DNA of 51,667 nucleotides from positions 1 to 51,667 of the forward strand of contig CAYFPZ010000010.1 of the NCBI GenBank assembly GCA_964345105.1. Direction: 5' to 3'. This stretch comes from Candidatus Hadarchaeota archaeon. GTDB taxonomy: Archaea; Hadarchaeota; Hadarchaeia; Hadarchaeales; Hadarchaeaceae. Of the stretch, positions 45,647 to 51,667 are shown one piece after another; the stretch's first letter is position 1, and each line of letters begins with the position of its first letter. A model generated the notes under the pieces. The model was not told the origin of the DNA. It worked only from the letters and a program-made list of their open reading frames with translations, and ran no database searches. A program made the translations under genes and the position numbers.

Positions 45647-46899
45647 ACATCCCTCGGGTCAGTTATTACCCCTCTTATCGCAGAAGCAGCAACCGTCGCT
45701 GGTGAAGCTAAGTAAACTTTCGACTCTGGACTACCCTGCCTTCCACGGAAATTTCTATTTGATGCGGATATACAAACCTCGCCAGGGCCCAGAACTCCGA
45801 CATGGGAGCCCATGCAAGCTGCACAACAGGGTGCCTCAACCAACGCTCCTGCTTCTACGAATATCTTGATGAGGCCACCATCAAGCGCTTTTCGATAGAC
45901 ATCCCTAGAAGCAGGGGACACTATTAACCTCACGCGCCTGCTGACCTTTTTGCCCCTGAGAATCGTGGCCGCAGCCTCTAAATCTTCCATCCTCCCGTTC
46001 GTACAACTACCTAAAAATGCCTGGTCAATCTCAATTTTTCCCACTTCAGCAACCGGCTTTACATTATCCACGCTGTGGGGGCATGCAACTTGGGGTTCAA
46101 GCGCAGACAAATCGTATGTGTGTGTTTCTATGTATTGAGCACCCGAGTCGCTATACACTGCGCTATAACGCTGCTTGGCCCGCCCTGCAAGGTACTTTTT
46201 TGTTACCTCATCCGGGGGCACGATCGCGTTCTTTGTTCCCATTTCCACTCCCATGTTGCACATCGCCATGCGACCATTCATCGTGATGTTACGCATACCT
46301 TGGCCTGTGAACTCCGCAGAGCAATAGTTTGCACCTTCTGCACCCAAATCTCCGATTATTTTCAAAATAACGTCCTTTGCCATCACCCGCCTCGACAGCT
46401 TTTTTTCTAAAACAATTTTGATGCTCTCGGGAACGCGAAACCACAATTTTCCAGTAGCGAAAACGGCGGCCATGTCAGTCGCGCCTACGCCTGTTGAAAC
46501 ACATCCAAGCGCTCCGTATGTTGTCGTGTGTGAATCGGCCCCCACAATCAAACTTCCGGGCAGCGCAAAACCTTTCTCAGGGACAACTTGGTGGCAAATA
46601 CCTTCAAATATATCGTAAAAGTTTTGAATCTTTTGTTCAGAAGCGAACTTTCTTAATACCATATGATTTAGCGCCGCATCTATCGAATTCGCTGGAACTT
46701 GATGGTCACACACTATGACAATTTTTTTAGGATCCCAAACTTTAGCGACGCCTATCTCGCGAAATATATGGATAACTAGGGGTCCGGTGAGATCGTGTAT
46801 CATCGTCGCGTCGATTTTTGCCTCGACGATTTCACCTGGGCTAACACTTTTTCTACCCGAAGCTCGAGCCAAAATTTTCTCGGTTATGGTCATGCTCAT
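45643..46899 (-). CDS. leuC: 3-isopropylmalate dehydratase large subunit
   Basis: Aconitase-family motifs DHQVP, GADSHT, GSCTNGR, CAACMG. Confidence 0.9.
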   Translation of the reverse strand: MSMTITEKILARASGRKSVSPGEIVEAKIDATMIHDLTGPLVIHIFREIGVAKVWDPKKIVIVCDHQVPANSIDAALNHMVLRKFASEQKIQNFYDIFEGICHQVVPEKGFALPGSLIVGADSHTTTYGALGCVSTGVGATDMAAVFATGKLWFRVPESIKIVLEKKLSRRVMAKDVILKIIGDLGAEGANYCSAEFTGQGMRNITMNGRMAMCNMGVEMGTKNAIVPPDEVTKKYLAGRAKQRYSAVYSDSGAQYIETHTYDLSALEPQVACPHSVDNVKPVAEVGKIEIDQAFLGSCTNGRMEDLEAAATILRGKKVSRRVRLIVSPASRDVYRKALDGGLIKIFVEAGALVEAPCCAACMGSHVGVLGPGEVCISASNRNFRGRQGSPESKVYLASPATVAASAIRGVITDPRDV

Positions 46900-46958
46900 T
46901 TAATCACTTTTCACCAAATGTTCATTTCGGCCGTTTCCAAGACATCTAGGTTGTCTCG

Positions 46959-48617
46959 CTATTTTAAAATCGCTCCCTCGGATGCTGAGCTAACGATGCG
47001 CGAATAAAGCGCGAGGTAGCCCTTTCTAACCCGCGGTTTCGGAGGTTTAAACCGTTCAAGCCTAGCCGTAATATCGGCCTCGGGCAAAAGCAATTCCAAC
47101 TTGCGCCGTTTGATATCAATCAATATTTTGTCACCATCTTGCACGATGGATATTGGACCACCTTCTGCGGCCTCGGGAGAGACATGACCGACGCAGGCAC
47201 CGTGTGTACCACCCGAGAACCTGCCGTCCGTGATAAGCGCGACCGAATCACCCAGCCCCATACCAATGACCGCAGCTGTCGGGGCGAGCATTTCTCGCAT
47301 CCCCGGACCACCCTTTGGTCCCTCGTAGCGGATGACAATGACATCACCTTGTTTGATTCGCTTGTTCAAGATGGCTCTGGTCGCATCCTCTTCGCGATCG
47401 AAAATACGCGCAGCCCCCCGATGTCGTAACATGCGCGAGCTTACTCCAGCGTACTTTACAACCGCACCCTTGGGAGCGAGATTACCATAAAGAATCGCTA
47501 TACCACCCTCGGAGTGATACGGCTTCGTCAAAGGCTTGATAACCTTAGAATTGTGAAATTTTATAAACTTCAAATTATCTCGAACTCGGCGTCCCGTGAC
47601 CGTGAGCGGGCTTCCTCGAACTAACTTGCCCAATCTCTTCATGAGTGCTGGCACCCCGCCCGCCTGCTCTAGGTCAAGCATATAATGCTCGCCGCTTGGT
47701 CGCAGATTGCATATTTGCGGTGTGCGACGGCTGAGTCTATCGAACACATCCAAACAAAGTTTGGTGTTGGCATCATGAGCAATCGCGAGTAAATGAAGCA
47801 CAGTGTTAGTTGACCCCCCCAGCGCTAGGTCAACAATGATAGCATTTTCGAAGGCTGAGCGAGTCATAATCTTACGAGGCGTTATCCCGCGCTGTAACAA
47901 CTCCATGATTTGCTTACCACTTTGTTTCGCGAGGCGCCTCTTTTTTGCATCTATAGCGTGTGAAGTACCAACCCCCGGCAGCGACATCCCAAGTGCTTCA
48001 GTCAAACATGCCATGGTATTCGCAGTGAATAGGCCAGCACAGGAGCCACAGCCAGGGCAACATCGATCCTCTATCTCCCTCGCCTCGTGCCCGCTAAGCT
48101 TTCCAGCTTTAACCGCTCCGACTGCTTCGAATGCACTTATGACATCCAAACGTTTCCCCCGCCACTCCCCAGGCATCATCGGGCCTCCCGTAAGCATAAT
48201 CGCAGGAATGTTAACTCGTGCGAGAGCCATGAGCATGCCAGGCACGATTTTGTCGCAGCTCGCAATGGAAACTACCGCATCGAAACGATGAGCTTCCAAC
48301 ATGAGTTCTAGACTGTTAGCTATTACCTCTCGTGAAGGGAGCGAAAAGCACATACCTTGCGTGCCCATCGCTATACCATCACATATGCCGATGGTATTGA
48401 ACTCGAAAGGTGTTCCCCCAGCTGCACGAATGCCAGCAGAAACTGCCCCACTCAGTTCTCGGAGGTGCAAGTGCCCAGGGACCACATTGTTATAAGAGTT
48501 TGCTATCGCTACAAAAGGGCGTTCGATGTCTGCGTCGGTTAAACCATCAGCTTTCAGAAGTGCACGTCGGGGTAAACCTTCAAGACCTGAAACAACCTCT
48601 CGGCTACGAAGCTTCAT
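46959..48617 (-). CDS. ilvD: Dihydroxy-acid dehydratase
   Basis: [24 protein letters not shown] motifs. 552 aa. Confidence 0.95.
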   Translation of the reverse strand: MKLRSREVVSGLEGLPRRALLKADGLTDADIERPFVAIANSYNNVVPGHLHLRELSGAVSAGIRAAGGTPFEFNTIGICDGIAMGTQGMCFSLPSREVIANSLELMLEAHRFDAVVSIASCDKIVPGMLMALARVNIPAIMLTGGPMMPGEWRGKRLDVISAFEAVGAVKAGKLSGHEAREIEDRCCPGCGSCAGLFTANTMACLTEALGMSLPGVGTSHAIDAKKRRLAKQSGKQIMELLQRGITPRKIMTRSAFENAIIVDLALGGSTNTVLHLLAIAHDANTKLCLDVFDRLSRRTPQICNLRPSGEHYMLDLEQAGGVPALMKRLGKLVRGSPLTVTGRRVRDNLKFIKFHNSKVIKPLTKPYHSEGGIAILYGNLAPKGAVVKYAGVSSRMLRHRGAARIFDREEDATRAILNKRIKQGDVIVIRYEGPKGGPGMREMLAPTAAVIGMGLGDSVALITDGRFSGGTHGACVGHVSPEAAEGGPISIVQDGDKILIDIKRRKLELLLPEADITARLERFKPPKPRVRKGYLALYSRIVSSASEGAILK

Positions 48618-48684
48618 TGACCCAGCCTCCTAGAAGGCTTCATCGTTAAGCCTTATTTAATTTTCCTGATACAAAAATACGTTA

Positions 48685-49671
48685 TCACTTTTCGATGCCA
48701 GCCCACTTGCGTAAATCTCGCCCAATCTTCTCAATGAGATGCTCTTTCGCAGCCTCACGCATTTTCTGCAAGTTTGGAATTTTCGCCTGACTTTCTGCGA
48801 CCCATTCTTTCGCAAATTTGCCGCTCTTGACATCCGCGAGCATTTTCTTCATCACTTCACGAGCGCGTTCGTCGATTACCCACTTGCCTCTAGTTCTACC
48901 ACCATACTCTGCGGTGTTACTGACGGCTTTCATCATTCCCTCGATTCCATGCTCGTAAACGAGGTCGATGATTAGCTTGAGTTCATTGAGGCACTCAAAA
49001 TACGCTATTTCTGGCTGATATCCAGCTTCAACTAAAGTTTCAAACCCAGCTTTTATTAGCTCCGAGACTCCACCCACGAGCACGACTTGCTCCCCAAAAA
49101 GATCGGTCTCAACTTCTTCTTTGAACGTTGTCTCCACCACCCCGATTCTAGTTAGCCCAACTCCTTTTGCGAGCGCTAGGGCAATCTGCCTCGCTTGACC
49201 ACTGGGATCTTGGGCGACCGCGAGCAACCCCGGCGTTCCAGAACCCTGCTGGTACATGCGCCGCAAGAGTGCTCCCGGCGCCTTTGGGGCAATCATGATC
49301 ACGTCGACATCGTTGGGTGGAATGATCTGTTTGAAGTGGATGTTAAACCCGTGACTGAAGCAAAGCACCTTACCTTTTTTAATGTGTTGAGAGACCTGCT
49401 CACGGTAGACCGGCGCCTGGTACTCATCGGGGATAAGCATGTGGACGATGTCTCCCCGCCGCGCAGCTTCGGCGATATCATAGACCTCAAACCCATCAGC
49501 CACTGCTTTATCATAACTCGGATCCTTTATGCTTCCAATAATTACTTTGCAACCGGAATCACGAAGGTTGTTGGATTGCGCCTGCCCTTGGTTGCCGTAT
49601 CCTATGATCGTTATGGTTTTGTCTTTTAGAATACTCAGGTCGGCGTCTTGGTCGTAATAGATCTTCGCCAT
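48685..49671 (-). CDS. ilvC: Ketol-acid reductoisomerase
   Basis: IIGYGNQGQAQSNNLRDSG, HGFNIHF, LFGEQ. Confidence 0.95.
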   Translation of the reverse strand: MAKIYYDQDADLSILKDKTITIIGYGNQGQAQSNNLRDSGCKVIIGSIKDPSYDKAVADGFEVYDIAEAARRGDIVHMLIPDEYQAPVYREQVSQHIKKGKVLCFSHGFNIHFKQIIPPNDVDVIMIAPKAPGALLRRMYQQGSGTPGLLAVAQDPSGQARQIALALAKGVGLTRIGVVETTFKEEVETDLFGEQVVLVGGVSELIKAGFETLVEAGYQPEIAYFECLNELKLIIDLVYEHGIEGMMKAVSNTAEYGGRTRGKWVIDERAREVMKKMLADVKSGKFAKEWVAESQAKIPNLQKMREAAKEHLIEKIGRDLRKWAGIEK

Positions 49672-49687
49672 AACATCAGTCCATAAC

Positions 49688-50176
49688 TTATTTTACACGC
49701 GATATAAGAACTTGTCCTGAGCGAGCTACCTCTTTCAGCATTTTTGGGCCCAATGACTTGATCACACGTTCGATTTCGTCATGCTCTCCGCTGAGTTCAG
49801 CTATCACCATATTGTTTTTGGACTCAAGCACCCGACCACCCGCTCGCTCGATCTGCTGCACCATCTGCAATAGTTGCTTCTTGTTTAGTTTTCGTGTCTT
49901 TAACAGCGTCACCTCTCGAACGATGCTTTGCTCAGGCTCGATTACCTCAACATCCACGATGGGCTCCAAGCGGACTAGTACCCTACGCATGAACTCGGCC
50001 ATGCGGTCGTCTTCCTTGAACATCAGGATAATTCGTGCCAATCCGGTAGGCTCGATTCCTACTGTTATCGAATCTAAGTTAATCTGACGCCGGGTGAAAG
50101 TGCGTGATATCCTCATCATCACGCCGGGGACGTTTTCGCAGAGGACAGAAAAAATTCGGGTTTTCATCTTACACAC
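49688..50176 (-). CDS. ilvN: Acetolactate synthase small (regulatory) subunit
   Basis: ACT domain (FSVLCENVPGVMMRISRTFTRRQINLDSITVG). Abuts the ilvB stop. Confidence 0.85.
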   Translation of the reverse strand: MCKMKTRIFSVLCENVPGVMMRISRTFTRRQINLDSITVGIEPTGLARIILMFKEDDRMAEFMRRVLVRLEPIVDVEVIEPEQSIVREVTLLKTRKLNKKQLLQMVQQIERAGGRVLESKNNMVIAELSGEHDEIERVIKSLGPKMLKEVARSGQVLISRVK

Positions 50177-51667
50177 CTATGTTAACATCTGGTCAATTCT
50201 CCCTCCCGCTGGAACCATCGGCAATACGTGCTCGTCGGGGTCAATCGGGATGTCGAGCACCGCTGGCTTTCCACAGCGCAGAGCCTCGCGCAGCTTTGGT
50301 GCAACCTCGCTTGGTCTTGCCGCGCGATCCCCCCAAGCGTTGTATGCTTCGGCAAGTTTCACGAAGTTGGGTACTTTGCCAAGGCAGGTAGCGGAACGGC
50401 GCTTTTGGAAAAACAGGTCTTGCCACTGTTTGACCATTCCTAAGTAGCGATTGTTGAAGATGCACGAAACAACGTTTATCTTGTTCTCCACGACTGTTGC
50501 CAGTTCTTGAGAGTTCATCAGGAAGCTTCCATCCCCCGCGATGTTTACAACGTCACACTTCGGGCGCGCAACCTTTACACCCATCGCGGCTGGGAATCCG
50601 AAACCCATCGTGCCTAGACCACCCGAGGAGATGAAGTGTCGGGGCTTCTGCACCATATAGAAGTGTGCGGCCCACATCTGGCATTGCCCCACCTCAGTCA
50701 CTATGATAGCATTCTCATCGAGCACGCTCATTATCTCCTTGATGACGCGCTGTGGTTTGATGGGAACCTCATCGTAGTCCATTCGAGGAGCAAGATCCCT
50801 GCGCAGCTTTTTTACTCGCTCGATCCATCTGCTTGTCCGTCCTCGTCTCGCGTGGGAGCGAAGCCCTTTGATTATCGCAGTTAATGCCCGCTTCGCATCA
50901 CTGACTATCGGCAGGTCAACGCGAACGTTCTTGCCGATTTCAACTGAATCGATGTCGATGTGGATAATCTTAGCCTTTGGGGCAAAGCAGCGCACATCTC
51001 CAGTAGAGCGATCGCTGAAACGTGTCCCGACAGCAAGTAGTACATCTGACTCGGTCACCGCGAGGTTTGCAGCCATCCGCCCATGCATCCCCAACATCCC
51101 TAACGCGAGCGGGTGGTCTTCAGGTATCAATCCTTTGCCCAGCAGCGAAGTCGTCACTGGAGCACCGAGCAGCTCTGCAAGCTTAACCAGCTCGACCGAG
51201 GCACTCGACCATATCACGCCCCCACCCGCGTAAATTACTGGTTGCTCAGCCTTGGTGAGCATGTCAACAGCCTTTTTTATTTGTCCAGGCTCAGGCTCCA
51301 GCTTTTGGGGCTTTTCGTACTTCACTTTGGCAGGTATTTTGAAGTTGGCCTTGCTTGCTTGCACACTTTTAGGTAGGTCAATGTGAACAGGACCAGGCCT
51401 GCCCGTGATTGCGATTTTGAAAGCAAGCTTGACTACGTGTGGTAACTCTTCGGCGCGGTGGATGATGAAGTTGTGTTTGGTTATGGGTAACATCACGCTG
51501 AGCATATCTGCCTCTTGAAAAGCGTCAGTACCTAGAGCTTGAGTTGAAACCTGCCCGCTTATCGCGATTACGGGCGAGCTGTCCATGTAGGCATTCAGGA
51601 TGCCCGTTGTGAGGTTCGTAGCCCCAGGCCCAGAGGTCGTCATGCAAACTCCCTGCTTCCCAAGTGC
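50177..51667 (-). CDS. ilvB: Acetolactate synthase large subunit (N-terminus outside the window)
   Basis: The frame stays open to the window edge (...ALGKQGVCMTTSGPGATNL). TPP motif GDGSF...N. Confidence 0.9.
   Translation of the reverse strand, partial: ALGKQGVCMTTSGPGATNLTTGILNAYMDSSPVIAISGQVSTQALGTDAFQEADMLSVMLPITKHNFIIHRAEELPHVVKLAFKIAITGRPGPVHIDLPKSVQASKANFKIPAKVKYEKPQKLEPEPGQIKKAVDMLTKAEQPVIYAGGGVIWSSASVELVKLAELLGAPVTTSLLGKGLIPEDHPLALGMLGMHGRMAANLAVTESDVLLAVGTRFSDRSTGDVRCFAPKAKIIHIDIDSVEIGKNVRVDLPIVSDAKRALTAIIKGLRSHARRGRTSRWIERVKKLRRDLAPRMDYDEVPIKPQRVIKEIMSVLDENAIIVTEVGQCQMWAAHFYMVQKPRHFISSGGLGTMGFGFPAAMGVKVARPKCDVVNIAGDGSFLMNSQELATVVENKINVVSCIFNNRYLGMVKQWQDLFFQKRRSATCLGKVPNFVKLAEAYNAWGDRAARPSEVAPKLREALRCGKPAVLDIPIDPDEHVLPMVPAGGRIDQMLT

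Overview
Dense archaeal chromosomal window of about 60 genes, mostly in minus-strand operons. Archaeal markers are SRP54, Rpo4/RpoF, L21e, L40e, eS26, GGGP synthase, DUF655 and UPF0147/UPF0148. The presence of eS26 together with non-canonical BHB tRNA introns suggests a TACK/Thermoproteota-like (for example Bathyarchaeia-like) lineage, but this is inference only. Contents in order: tail of a hydrogenase maturation protease; sufC-sufB-mvhD; an intron-rich initiator tRNA; a lysine/DAP operon (aminotransferase-lysA-lysC-dapA-dapB ... asd) interrupted by an AT-rich pyruvyl-transferase-like gene; nnrD-L40e-GGGPS with convergent eS26; porGDAB plus hypF; a CPBP/wHTH/UPF0148 operon; trkH; DUF655-rpo4-L21e-SRP54; a trehalose/osmostress module (mscS, otsA, otsB, NTP-transferase+cupin, GalT-like, TreT-like GT); a visibly AT-richer sugar-utilisation block (binding protein, GH35, unknown ORF, ABC permease and ATPase, PIN); tmk, S2P protease and ubiX; and a branched-chain amino acid cluster (leuB, leuDC, ilvD, ilvC, ilvN, ilvB partial). 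No CRISPR array, rRNA, transposase or integrase was seen. The most unusual item is at 3321-3510. It is a 190-nt locus that splices in silico into a perfect 75-nt archaeal initiator tRNA-Met cloverleaf only if four separate bulge-helix-bulge introns are removed. All coordinates and pairings were derived by eye and need computational confirmation.
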